Source: Clostridia bacterium
GTDB taxonomy: Bacteria; Bacillota; Clostridia; TANB77; RGIG9151
Length of the DNA: 17,340 bases
Assembly: GCA_016287855.1 (NCBI GenBank)
Contig: JAEEXS010000023.1
Span: 1 to 17,340, forward strand
Direction of reading: 5' to 3'
A model generated the notes under the pieces. It was not told the DNA's origin and made no database searches. It saw only the letters and a list, made by a program, of their open reading frames with translations. Numbering within the stretch: the stretch's first letter is position 1; the number at the start of each line of letters is the position of its first letter. Made by a program: the position numbers and the translations under genes. Below, piece after piece: positions 7,666-16,220 of this stretch.

Positions 7666-9588
7666 TTAATCCCCTTCCTTGCCAAATCCTCTTATTGCAT
7701 TTAGAACTACTATATACATTGCACTAGACCATGAAAGCTGCATAATCCACGCTGGTTTTCCATTAAACTTATCTACTTGTTCAGGTAAAAACCCTAAATT
7801 AGTTGCATGCTTTGTGGCCCATACTAATTTCTCTTTGCACTTTGGAATATCCCCTATTTCAGCATAATACAATCCCATCCACAAAGTAGAAACTATCCAA
7901 GGATTTCCGCCTATATATGAGTCATGCTCGTATCTTCCAAAGCCTTCACTTGGGAAACCATCTAATCTATCTTCTATAGCTCGTACCGTCTTTTTAATTC
8001 TATCATCTTTAGCATCAAAAATTTTAAATGGAACTGAAAGTCCTAATAAACTAATATCTACCGTATTATCTTTATCTACAACTCTTAGCTTATACCCCAT
8101 TTTATTTGTGTCTATCTCTAAAGTTTCACCGTTCCACCAGTCAAGTTTAGTTTTTCTGCCACGTAAAAATCTTTTCTCATCTTCACTCCACAAATTAGCT
8201 TCAATAGATTTTACAATTTTATCTGAGGTTTCTCTCCACAATTTTGCAAGTGGCAAATCAACCTTCATTTCTTCAGCCATACTTGCTGCCGCTCTTAAAG
8301 CACTAACAACAGCTGAGGCAGTATATGTGTGTTCACCAAGTCTTTCTTCCCATAAGTCATAAGACGGATTCGGAAGGCCTGTTTCTTTGTCTAAATTATT
8401 CATTAAAAATATTGTAGCAGGTTTTATCGAAGACCACATATCTTCTATAAACTGGATATCATTTGTAAATTCATAATGTTTCCATGTCCCGAAAATAATA
8501 GATGCTGTTTCATCAAGTTGAATTCCCCAACTTGGTGCAAGCTTTCCGTCTAAATAATATCTTTGTTGCCATGAGCCGTTAGGAAGTTGTGCTTTTTTAG
8601 CCCAAACCAAATAAAATTTCTCAGCTTCCTCCCTCATTCCGCAAATATCAAAAGCCATTGTTATAAAGACTCCATCTCTTGGCCAACAATATCCATATGC
8701 ACCACAACGTGTAAATCTTTCATCAACTTCAACACCAGCAAGTATCGCACCAGTATCTTTATTAGTAAGTAGTTTAAAAGTTAAAACTGATTGATAATAA
8801 ACTTCATCTATTCTTTCATTTCCAGTTTCTAATTTACTATATTTTTGAAATTCTTTATCCCAAAATTTCTTTTCTTTTTCTAACGCTTTTTTAGCTCCTA
8901 AATCTCTAATATGATTGTTTAATTCTCTTCCTGTTTTCATATCAAATGAGAAAGAAAAATATAAACTAAATTCAGTTTTTTCACCCGGAAGTAATTCTCC
9001 TAAGTCAAAGCGCAACGCCATATTAGAAGTCATAGAAATATCATCTTTCCCGTATAATCCGTCCCTACGAATTGCGTCGAAACTATCTCCAAATTGGAAG
9101 CCCGATATCTTTTTATCCGAACTTATAGTTACAATATTACCCTTATTATATATAATTGCAGAATCGTTATCGAAATCCATTAATCCACTTCTTATATCAT
9201 TATCTGCTGTTACAAAGTCTGTATGCAAAAACGTTTTTATATCAAGTTTTCTATCACAAATATTTTCAATTGTATAATTTCTAACCCAAATATCTTTATT
9301 ATTAAGTACAAAATCTTTTTGGAAAATTCTAAGTCCAAAATCAGAATTTTCATACATCGTAACTAAAATATTTGTCTTTTTTTCGTACCTTTGCTCTATA
9401 TACCATAAATTTTCGTGTAAAAATTTTGTATAATCATTGTCGAATTTTATTCCTATAAAAATATTGTTTATTTGCTGTGCATAATCTTGCTCAGGCCAAA
9501 AAACACGGTTAACTTCTCCGTTACCCGTGAAAGAAACAAGCAATCTCCCGTTTCCGGTGATTCCATCGTTAAAATAACTCCTGCCCAT
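7666..9588 (-). CDS. Glycoside hydrolase family 15 protein (glucoamylase/glucodextranase/trehalase-like), 640 aa, no signal peptide
   Basis: GH15 catalytic-domain motifs YGYCWPRDG and YDLWEERLGEHTYT. The N-terminal beta-sandwich region is MGRSYFNDGITGNGRLLVSF. A GGAGG RBS is present. Confidence 0.85.
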   Translation of the reverse strand: MGRSYFNDGITGNGRLLVSFTGNGEVNRVFWPEQDYAQQINNIFIGIKFDNDYTKFLHENLWYIEQRYEKKTNILVTMYENSDFGLRIFQKDFVLNNKDIWVRNYTIENICDRKLDIKTFLHTDFVTADNDIRSGLMDFDNDSAIIYNKGNIVTISSDKKISGFQFGDSFDAIRRDGLYGKDDISMTSNMALRFDLGELLPGEKTEFSLYFSFSFDMKTGRELNNHIRDLGAKKALEKEKKFWDKEFQKYSKLETGNERIDEVYYQSVLTFKLLTNKDTGAILAGVEVDERFTRCGAYGYCWPRDGVFITMAFDICGMREEAEKFYLVWAKKAQLPNGSWQQRYYLDGKLAPSWGIQLDETASIIFGTWKHYEFTNDIQFIEDMWSSIKPATIFLMNNLDKETGLPNPSYDLWEERLGEHTYTASAVVSALRAAASMAEEMKVDLPLAKLWRETSDKIVKSIEANLWSEDEKRFLRGRKTKLDWWNGETLEIDTNKMGYKLRVVDKDNTVDISLLGLSVPFKIFDAKDDRIKKTVRAIEDRLDGFPSEGFGRYEHDSYIGGNPWIVSTLWMGLYYAEIGDIPKCKEKLVWATKHATNLGFLPEQVDKFNGKPAWIMQLSWSSAMYIVVLNAIRGFGKEGD

Positions 9589-9644
9589 TTTCTTTCCTCC
9601 ATCAGTAATTAAATTATTATTTACTTCTAAAAAACTACGGAGTT

Positions 9645-9673
9645 ATTATATAAAATTTTCCAAATAAAATCAA
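9645..9673 (-). promoter_or_regulatory. Candidate sigma-A promoter for the GH15 gene (TTGATT-17 nt-TATAAT)
   Basis: On the minus strand, TTGATT is at 9673..9668, followed by a 17-nt spacer and TATAAT at 9650..9645. This is ~55 nt upstream of the GH15 ATG and 22 nt downstream of the ROK stop. No terminator lies between them. Confidence 0.5.
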
Positions 9674-9694
9674 GGGTTAATTAATATTCAAACT

Positions 9695-10945
9695 TTACTT
9701 ATTTGCTTTCCACTTCTTTAAAAATTCCCCGGGGTTTTCAAAAATGTGTTGTGTAGCTAAAACTACTGTACCTTTTAAATACGCAGTATCTCCAAGTTTT
9801 GATAATACGATACCTGTCGAATTTACGGCATTTGTGAAGCCCCTTTTCTTAACAGTATCTACTATAGATGAAAGTAATATTTCACCAGTAGATATTATTC
9901 CACCATTTATAATAATTAGCTCCGGGTTTAAAACATTTATAATATTTGCAACACCAATTCCTACTTTTTCTCCCATTTTATGTATTAACGAAATGGCTAG
10001 CTCATCGCCCTCTTTTGCAGCTTCAAAGATTTCAGCCGAACTTATATCATTCACAGATTTTATTTCTCTTCCGCCATATATTTTTGATTTTTTATTTTTA
10101 GGATACTCTAAATAAGCCTGTTTCAATAAGGCTTTTACCGATGCAACGGTTTCTAGGCAACCTCTATTTCCACAGCTACAAAGTTCTCCATTTAAATCTA
10201 CTGTAGTATGCCCTATTTCTCCTGCGCCAAATGACACTCCATTTAGTGGTTGATCGTTTATGAAGAAACTACCTCCAACACCATAGTCAATATTTAAGCA
10301 AAAGAAACTAGAAACATTTTTCCCTGTTCCAAACCAGTTTTCTCCCATAGCCATTGTGCGAGTATTATTATCTATAAATACTGGTATTTTATATCTTTCT
10401 TCTATTATTTTAGATATATTTACATTATTCCAACCCAAATTAGGGGCAACTATTAAATTCCCCTTACTGCTATCTACAATTCCGTGAATACCTATTCCTA
10501 TTCCAACAATCTTCTTATTTTTTAATTCATACTTCTTTATTATAGGATAAATTTCTTTATCTAAAATTTCTAATACTTGGTCTAGCGTTACATTTTCACT
10601 CTCGTATCTTATTTCTTTTTTATGTTTTATATTAGACAATAAATCAGAAGTAATTATCATAACTCTTCTTGAACCTATATAAATCCCTATAACTCTATAA
10701 TAATTGCTCCTCATTTTTAGCATTATAGGTTTTCTTCCCCCGCTTGAATCTCCAGTTTCACCTTCAACAACCAAATTACTATCTATAAGTTCAGAAGTTA
10801 TATTGGTAATAGTAGCAGGCGTAAGCCCAGTCATCTCCGCTATTTCTATTCTTGGTATCGGTCCATATCTTCTTATAATATTTAAAATACTTTTTGTATT
10901 CATTTCCTTTATACTAGCTGTTTTAGCTTGCCTACTGCGTGTCAT
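9695..10945 (-). CDS. ROK family transcriptional regulator (XylR/NagC-like), 416 aa
   Basis: N-terminal winged HTH (ILNIIRRYGPIPRIEIAEMTGLTPATITNITSELI) and a ROK zinc motif, GHTTVDLNGELCSCGNRGCLE. The start follows the upstream stop by 2 nt, with GGAGG in between. Confidence 0.85.
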   Translation of the reverse strand: MTRSRQAKTASIKEMNTKSILNIIRRYGPIPRIEIAEMTGLTPATITNITSELIDSNLVVEGETGDSSGGRKPIMLKMRSNYYRVIGIYIGSRRVMIITSDLLSNIKHKKEIRYESENVTLDQVLEILDKEIYPIIKKYELKNKKIVGIGIGIHGIVDSSKGNLIVAPNLGWNNVNISKIIEERYKIPVFIDNNTRTMAMGENWFGTGKNVSSFFCLNIDYGVGGSFFINDQPLNGVSFGAGEIGHTTVDLNGELCSCGNRGCLETVASVKALLKQAYLEYPKNKKSKIYGGREIKSVNDISSAEIFEAAKEGDELAISLIHKMGEKVGIGVANIINVLNPELIIINGGIISTGEILLSSIVDTVKKRGFTNAVNSTGIVLSKLGDTAYLKGTVVLATQHIFENPGEFLKKWKANK

Positions 10946-10947
10946 TT

Positions 10948-12117
10948 CTAACCTCCGTTACTTCTTAATATATCTAATGCTTTTTCTAATTGTGAATCTT
11001 CTAATGAATCTCTTAATTCTACTTCGATATCTGGTTCTATTCCAATACCATCTATACATACTCCATTTGGTGTAAAATATTTTGCAATTGTTAGTTTTAT
11101 AGACGTCCCATCGCCTATCATAAACCAACCTTGCACAACACCTTTTCCATACGTTTTCTTTCCTATTAAAGTGCCACATTCTCTATCTTTTATAGCACCA
11201 GCTAATATTTCAGATGCGCTTGCGCTATTTTCATTTATTAAAACTGCAAGTGGAATATCTATACCATCTCCCGTAGAGAATTCTTCTCTTTTCTTTCCAT
11301 TTTTATCTTCAGTATACACTATAAGTCCTTTTGGCACAAGCTTTTTTGCAATTTTTACTGCTTCCTCAAATACACCGCCACCATTATCTCTTAAATCTAC
11401 TATTAACCCCTTTATATTTTCTTCTCTTAATTTGTTATATGCAGTTTCAAATTCTTTTGAAGTTTTTTCATCAAAGGACATTATTTGAATATATCCAATA
11501 CCCTCAAATTGAGTAGAATCAACACTAGGATTAGAAATTTTTTCTGTTTTTAAAGGTATAGCAATTTCTTCTTCTCCTCTTTTTATTAAAAGCTCTACAT
11601 TGCTTCCTTCTTCTAATTTTATTAAACTAACAACTTTCTCAAGAGTCATTCCTTCACAAGAAACCCCATTCACTTTTAAAATTTTATCGTTCGTTTTAAG
11701 TTCTGCTTTCTCCGCTGGAGAGTCTGGCAATGTATACAGAATAGTAGGATATTTTTCATTATTAAGTATTGAAACACTTATACCAACGCCCTCATATTTT
11801 CCACTAGAAATTTGCTCGAGCATTTCACTTTCTTTTACCGGTAAATATTCTGTATATGGATCATCTACCGCTTCAAGCATTCCTGCCATTGCGCCATCAA
11901 AAAGTTCATCTTCAGATATATTTTCATAAAATTTCTCTGTAAGGACATTTTTGGATTCTATTATTTTTCGTATAAATGCAATATCCTTTGATGTATATCC
12001 GTTCATATTTCCTAACAATATGAAGTTTCCCATACTTGAGAAAAGTAAAGTAGTAATTACAGTAATTACTACCAAAAAAATCAAACCTATAAAAACACTA
12101 AGCCTATTATTTTTCAT
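10948..12117 (-). CDS. S41 family carboxy-terminal processing protease (CtpA/CtpB-like), 389 aa
   Basis: N-terminal TM anchor, a PDZ region (PAEKAELKTNDKILKVNG) and S41 catalytic blocks LIVDLRDNGGG, NENSASASEILAGA and TYGKG. Confidence 0.85.
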   Translation of the reverse strand: MKNNRLSVFIGLIFLVVITVITTLLFSSMGNFILLGNMNGYTSKDIAFIRKIIESKNVLTEKFYENISEDELFDGAMAGMLEAVDDPYTEYLPVKESEMLEQISSGKYEGVGISVSILNNEKYPTILYTLPDSPAEKAELKTNDKILKVNGVSCEGMTLEKVVSLIKLEEGSNVELLIKRGEEEIAIPLKTEKISNPSVDSTQFEGIGYIQIMSFDEKTSKEFETAYNKLREENIKGLIVDLRDNGGGVFEEAVKIAKKLVPKGLIVYTEDKNGKKREEFSTGDGIDIPLAVLINENSASASEILAGAIKDRECGTLIGKKTYGKGVVQGWFMIGDGTSIKLTIAKYFTPNGVCIDGIGIEPDIEVELRDSLEDSQLEKALDILRSNGG

Positions 12118-12137
12118 TAAATTCTCTCCAATATAAT

Positions 12138-13283
12138 TTATTTAAAAGTTACACCAGTATAATCTAAATAATTTTTAGGATCTTGAGGTGTACCATTTTT
12201 TCTTACTTCAAAGTGAAGATGAGGACCAGTAGAATATCCCGTACTACCTGCTCTCATTATAACATCTCCTTGATTTACAACATCTCCTACTTTTACAAGT
12301 AGTTTATTAGCATGACCATATAATGTACTAATTCCATTTCCATGGTCTATTATTACCATATTACCATAAGCAGTATTAAAACCAGCAGTAACTACTTTTC
12401 CAGATGCTGCTGCATAAACATCGGTATTTAATGCTGCGCGAATATCTATACCAGTATGGTTACTGTTCTTTTTAGTTATTGGGTGAATTCTAGGTCCATA
12501 TTTACAAGTAATAACCTTTGAATACGAAGTAGGCCATATAAACGCTTCATTTTTATATACTACCGTACTAGTTCCGCTTAATGCTCTTAATTGTCTTTCA
12601 ATTGCTCTAGATTCTTCAAGTTCTCTATCTAATTGTTTTTGAAGTTCGTTAATATCTTTTTCTAAAAGTTTTACCTTAGAATCTTTTGCACTGATTGATG
12701 CGGATAATTTATTTTTACTTTCAACTTCCTGCTGCTTTGCAGCTTCCATTACCAATTTATCATTTCCAAGTGATTTTATTTCTTCATTCATTTCCGTTTT
12801 TAATTGTTCTAGCTTAGCAAATAGTTCTTTATCGTAGTCTATCATTCTTTCAGCAAGTTCGCATCTCTTCATAAAATCAGTCATATTTTCAGAATTTAAG
12901 AGTAAGCTTATATACGCAGTATTTCCATTTTCATACATAGCTCTAACACGTTTTTGAAGAAGAATATTTTCATCTTCAATTTTTTTATCTGTTTCTTTTA
13001 TTTTGTTTTCTCTACTTTTAATTTGAGAATTTAAAGAATTTATCTGACCTTGAATAGAGTCCAATTCTTTTTGAGCTTTGTCCATTTCTTTATCTAGATC
13101 TTCAATTTCATCAAGTAGGCTTTTTTTCTTATTTTCTACTTGCTTTATTTCACCCTTTTTAGCATCAATTTGAGAATTGTTTGCATCTAATTGTTCTTTT
13201 AATTTTTCTTCCTCTGTTACTGCAATTCCGAAGCTACTAAAAATAAAAAATACTGCCATAATTAAAGATACTACTCTTTTCAT
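12138..13283 (-). CDS. M23/LytM peptidase with long coiled coil (EnvC/PcsB-like partner of FtsEX), 381 aa
   Basis: Signal peptide MKRVVSLIMAVFFIFSSFGIAV, a ~230-aa heptad-rich K/E/L region, and a C-terminal M23 domain with HTGIDIRA, DHGNGISTLYGH and GPHLHFEV. Confidence 0.85.
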   Translation of the reverse strand: MKRVVSLIMAVFFIFSSFGIAVTEEEKLKEQLDANNSQIDAKKGEIKQVENKKKSLLDEIEDLDKEMDKAQKELDSIQGQINSLNSQIKSRENKIKETDKKIEDENILLQKRVRAMYENGNTAYISLLLNSENMTDFMKRCELAERMIDYDKELFAKLEQLKTEMNEEIKSLGNDKLVMEAAKQQEVESKNKLSASISAKDSKVKLLEKDINELQKQLDRELEESRAIERQLRALSGTSTVVYKNEAFIWPTSYSKVITCKYGPRIHPITKKNSNHTGIDIRAALNTDVYAAASGKVVTAGFNTAYGNMVIIDHGNGISTLYGHANKLLVKVGDVVNQGDVIMRAGSTGYSTGPHLHFEVRKNGTPQDPKNYLDYTGVTFK

Positions 13284-13308
13284 TTGTTTTCACATCCTTG
13301 TTTAGAAT

Positions 13309-14181
13309 TTATACTTCTAAATATTTTTTAATTGAAATTACACAAGCTATACAACTTATTCCAACTCCAATTATTAAATTAGTAATTAAAATTCTTTGGC
13401 TTAAATCAAGCCACATTCCATTAAATGTAGTAAACGACGCTTGAACCGCATTATACATTTGAGTCGTTATTATCCAAGAAATAAGAGCGCCTATAACTCC
13501 AACTATAATTCCTTCGATAACAAATGGTGTTTTTACAAAAGCATCAGTTGCACCTATATATTTCATTATACTTATTTCTTTTCTTCTTGAATGTAAAACT
13601 AATTTTATTGTATTTGAGATAACTAGTAAAGAAACTGCTATAAGCAATACAAATGTTATTAAAACTATAGATTGTATTAAATTAGACATGCTATTTATTT
13701 TAGTAAAAATATCTTGGTCAAATCTAACTTTTCTTATTCCATCTATTTTTTCTATTTCATCAGCGATAAGCTTAGCACGACTTAATTCTTTTACGTTTAT
13801 TTCAAAAGAATCAGTAAATATATCGCTATCTTCCCAGCCTTCAGTAAAATCAAGATATTCCTCACCAATTAGCTGCTCTCTAGCATTTTTTATTGCCTCT
13901 TGTTTTGTTTCTCGCTTTATATCTATTACGTCTGGTAACTCTTTTATTTTCTTGCCTATTGCCTCTATTTTGCTATTCTCTAAGCCCTCATCAACGTAGG
14001 CTACTATAGATTGGTTTGTAACCAAATCATTGGTAACTGCTTTTATATTTTCGCCTATTATTGTAAAAATTCCTAAGGTTATCATAGACGTACAAATTAT
14101 TAATACAGAAGCTACAAACATTACTTTATTTCGCCAAACGTTTTCAAAGCCCTGCTTTATTAAATATATTAAAGTACCCAC
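13309..14181 (-). CDS. ftsX: Cell division permease-like protein FtsX (~290 aa from GTG 14181; the ORF track starts at a TTG at 14196)
   Basis: N-terminus LIKQGFENVWRNKVMF, TM1, an extracytoplasmic loop and three C-terminal TMs, directly after ftsE. GGAGG lies 8 nt upstream of GTG 14181..14179. Confidence 0.85.
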   Translation of the reverse strand: MGTLIYLIKQGFENVWRNKVMFVASVLIICTSMITLGIFTIIGENIKAVTNDLVTNQSIVAYVDEGLENSKIEAIGKKIKELPDVIDIKRETKQEAIKNAREQLIGEEYLDFTEGWEDSDIFTDSFEINVKELSRAKLIADEIEKIDGIRKVRFDQDIFTKINSMSNLIQSIVLITFVLLIAVSLLVISNTIKLVLHSRRKEISIMKYIGATDAFVKTPFVIEGIIVGVIGALISWIITTQMYNAVQASFTTFNGMWLDLSQRILITNLIIGVGISCIACVISIKKYLEV

Positions 14182-14202
14182 TATATATACCTCCAACTGT
14201 TA

Positions 14203-14880
14203 TTAATAAATTCCTTTATCTTGGTCTCTTATAATTCTTCCTTTTAAAAGTTCTACTACTCTCTTTTTCATTGAATTGACAATATTCGTATCATGAGTAG
14301 CTACAACAACAGTTGTTCCTCTTAAATTTATTTCATTAAGTATTCGCATTATTTCTCTGGCATTTTCAGGATCCAAATTTCCAGTAGGCTCGTCCGCTAT
14401 TAGTACCGATGGGTTATTAGCAAGTGCTCTAGCCATAGCAATTCTTTGTTGTTCCCCACCGGATAGTTCATGAGGATAACTATTAGATTTAGAACTAAGT
14501 CCTACTAAACTAAGTAACATAGGCACTTGGCGCCTTATATATCTAGAAGATTTTTTCACTATTCTCATAGCAAATGCGACATTTTCATATACAGTTTTAT
14601 CAGGCAACAACCTAAAATCTTGGAAAACAATTCCTATACTTCTTCTTAAGTAAGGAACGTATCTAGGTTTCATAGAATGTATTTTATAATTATTAATAAT
14701 TAAAGTCCCAGAATCAACGCTTTCTTCTTTTATCATCATTTTTAACAAAGTAGATTTTCCAGAGCCAGATGGACCTATTAAAAATACGAACTCGCCTTTA
14801 TCTATTTTTAAATTAACTCCATTTACGGCTTCTACTCCGCCTTCATAACGCTTATGCACATTTGTAAATTCAATCATCAT
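14203..14880 (-). CDS. ftsE: Cell division ATP-binding protein FtsE, 225 aa
   Basis: Walker A GPSGSGKST, ABC signature LSGGEQQR and Walker B VLIADEPTGNLD. Size and its position upstream of ftsX are both typical. Confidence 0.9.
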   Translation of the reverse strand: MMIEFTNVHKRYEGGVEAVNGVNLKIDKGEFVFLIGPSGSGKSTLLKMMIKEESVDSGTLIINNYKIHSMKPRYVPYLRRSIGIVFQDFRLLPDKTVYENVAFAMRIVKKSSRYIRRQVPMLLSLVGLSSKSNSYPHELSGGEQQRIAMARALANNPSVLIADEPTGNLDPENAREIMRILNEINLRGTTVVVATHDTNIVNSMKKRVVELLKGRIIRDQDKGIY

Positions 14881-15102
14881 AATAACTAAGTCCTTTCGGT
14901 TACTACTAAGATTTTAAATAATTCCTTTTGTATTTTATCATATAAAATGAAAAATTTCTATATTAATTAGAAAATACATATGCATTTTTTGTTGTAATAT
15001 TGTTTTTTTGGCTACATCAAAGGTTTTTATCAAATCTTAAAAATATACTTGAATATTCATATAAAATTATAGTATTATAGTAAAGACAAAGGGGGGCTTT
15101 AC

Positions 15103-15552
15103 ATGTTTGGCAGAAGAAACAAGAAAGAAACCATTATAGCTGATAATTGTATAATAGAAAGCAATCTTAATACTGGCGGAAACATAAAAATATATGGAAA
15201 AATAAATGGCTCTATTAAAGTTGATGGCGATGTCTTTGTTGGAGAAACTGGCGTTGTTTTAGGAAAAGTTGATGCTAAAAACTTATTTTTAGAGGGAAGC
15301 GTTGAAGGTGATGTGCATTGTAAAAACGCTTTAAAACTTTCTTCCTCTGCAAAATTAAGCGGAGATGCATACGTTAAAAATTTCTCAAGTGAAGAAGGCT
15401 GTTTATTTGCTGGAAAATGTGTAATGGAAGGTATGGAAAAAATTAAAGAAAAGGGAAATAAAATAGATAAGAATTTTGATACTTCTCTTCCAAAGCGTAA
15501 GAAAAAAGCTGAAATAATCTCTGAATTGGAAAGTACTGAGATTCCTAAATAA
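15103..15552 (+). CDS. Bactofilin (polymer-forming cytoskeletal protein, DUF583), 149 aa
   Basis: Repetitive beta-helix pattern GGNIKIYGKINGSIKVDGDVFVGETGVVLGKVDAKNLFLEGSVEGDVHCKNALKLSSSAKLSGDAYV, followed by a basic, disordered C-terminal tail. RBS is AAAGGGGGG. Confidence 0.8.
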   Translation: MFGRRNKKETIIADNCIIESNLNTGGNIKIYGKINGSIKVDGDVFVGETGVVLGKVDAKNLFLEGSVEGDVHCKNALKLSSSAKLSGDAYVKNFSSEEGCLFAGKCVMEGMEKIKEKGNKIDKNFDTSLPKRKKKAEIISELESTEIPK

Positions 15553-15558
15553 TTTTTC

Positions 15559-15587
15559 TTGACATTTATGCCATCTTGTCGTAAAAT
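15559..15587 (+). promoter_or_regulatory. Near-consensus sigma-A promoter for rnpB (TTGACA-17 nt-TAAAAT)
   Basis: TTGACA at 15559-15564, a 17-nt spacer and TAAAAT at 15582-15587. This places the transcription start about 15594-15596, at the predicted 5' strand of helix P1. Confidence 0.7.
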
Positions 15588-15594
15588 ATTCTTC

Positions 15595-15919
15595 GAGATA
15601 ATCAGATTATCGCGGGTGCTATGCACATGAGGAAAGTCCGGGCTCCATAGGACAGGGTGCCGGGTAACTCCCGGTGGAGGCGACTCTAAGGAAAGTGCAA
15701 CAGAAATAGACATCCACGAAAGTGGTTAAGGTGGAAAGGCGAGGTAAGAGCTCACCGGCGATATGGTAACATATCGGCCATGTAAACCCCATCTGGAGCA
15801 ACACCGTTTGAAGGTCAAGGTGGTCCGCCGTCTTCTACAAGGTGGCTTGAGCGGTATAGAGATATATCGCCTAGATAAATGATAATCAAATACAGAACCC
15901 GGCTTATAGATTATTCTCA
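15595..15919 (+). ncRNA. rnpB: RNase P RNA (M1 RNA), bacterial type A-like core, compact (~325 nt)
   Basis: Colinear with E. coli M1 RNA conserved blocks: GAGGAAAGUCCGGGCUCCAUAGGACAGGGUGCCGGGUAAC, AGUGCAACAGAAA, GGUAAGAGCUCACC, GUAAACCCC, CCUAGAUAAAUGA and ACAGAACCCGGCUUAU. P1 pairs GAGAUAAUC (15597-15605) with GAUUAUUCUC (15909-15918), and P2 pairs AUUAUC with GAUAAU. The ends are approximate, within a few nt. Confidence 0.9.
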
Positions 15920-15924
15920 TTAAT

Positions 15925-16007
15925 GCGGATGTGGCGGAATTGGCAGACGCACTAGACTTAGGATCTAGCGGGCGACCATGCAGGTTCAACTCCTGTCATC
16001 CGCACCA
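15925..16007 (+). tRNA. tRNA-Leu, anticodon UAG, long variable arm, genomically encoded CCA
   Basis: Acceptor stem GCGGATG/CATCCGC and anticodon arm CTAGA-CTTAGGA-TCTAG, with TAG at 15959-15961. The variable arm is 13 nt. T arm is GCAGG-TTCAACT-CCTGT, followed by discriminator A and CCA. Confidence 0.92.
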
Positions 16008-16042
16008 AAAATAAAAGCACAAAATTTGTGCTTTTATTTTTT
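16008..16042 (+). terminator. Intrinsic terminator ending the rnpB-tRNA-Leu unit
   Basis: Extended A/U-rich palindrome AAAAATAAAAGCACAA-AAT-TTGTGCTTTTATTTTT with a GCAC/GTGC core, followed by a T-run. It starts directly after the tRNA CCA. Confidence 0.65.
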
Positions 16043-16053
16043 ATGTTTAAAGT

Positions 16054-16091
16054 AAAATACTGGAGTGAAAAAATCTTCACTCCAGTATTTT
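16054..16091. terminator. Perfect 16-bp hairpin terminating the minus-strand membrane module (bidirectional in form)
   Basis: AAAATACTGGAGTGAA (16054-16069), a 6-nt loop and TTCACTCCAGTATTTT (16076-16091). The A/T ends supply U-tracts on either strand. It begins 2 nt after the micropeptide stop codon. Confidence 0.75.
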
Positions 16092-16092
16092 A

Positions 16093-16182
16093 TTATCTCG
16101 GCGAGTCCTCAATTAAGACATAAATCATACCGGCAAGTAAAACTGCTCCCACGATTATAGCAATTATAAGAATCCGTTTCAC
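16093..16182 (-). CDS. Candidate 29-aa single-pass membrane micropeptide (VKRILIIAIIVGAVLLAGMIYVLIEDSPR)
   Basis: Below the ORF-track size cutoff. GTG 16182..16180 is preceded by GGGAGAGG with a 5-nt spacer. A basic N-terminus (KR) leads into a 21-residue hydrophobic helix and an acidic/polar tail (EDSPR). The stop is followed immediately by the strong terminator. Coding status is inferred only. Confidence 0.4.
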   Translation of the reverse strand: MKRILIIAIIVGAVLLAGMIYVLIEDSPR

Positions 16183-16220
16183 TTTTACCTCTCCCTATAT
16201 AATATTTTTGGTTTTAATAC

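Noticed and set aside
6129-14000. Plus-strand ORFs nested in minus-strand genes (6129-6485, 7679-7867, 8108-8362, 8587-8772, 8915-9277, 9744-10115, 10704-11075, 11171-11516, 11600-12136, 13688-13999) and the minus-strand 10958-11179
   Set aside because: All are embedded antisense or out of frame within confidently identified genes. They encode S/F/I/L-rich low-complexity peptides typical of AT-rich antisense frames and lack RBSs.
15099-15989. Minus-strand ORFs of 204, 61 and 87 aa (15099-15713, 15619-15804, 15726-15989)
   Set aside because: They overlap the bactofilin CDS, the RNase P RNA and tRNA-Leu. The open frames are by-products of G/C-rich structured RNA genes and antisense coding sequence.
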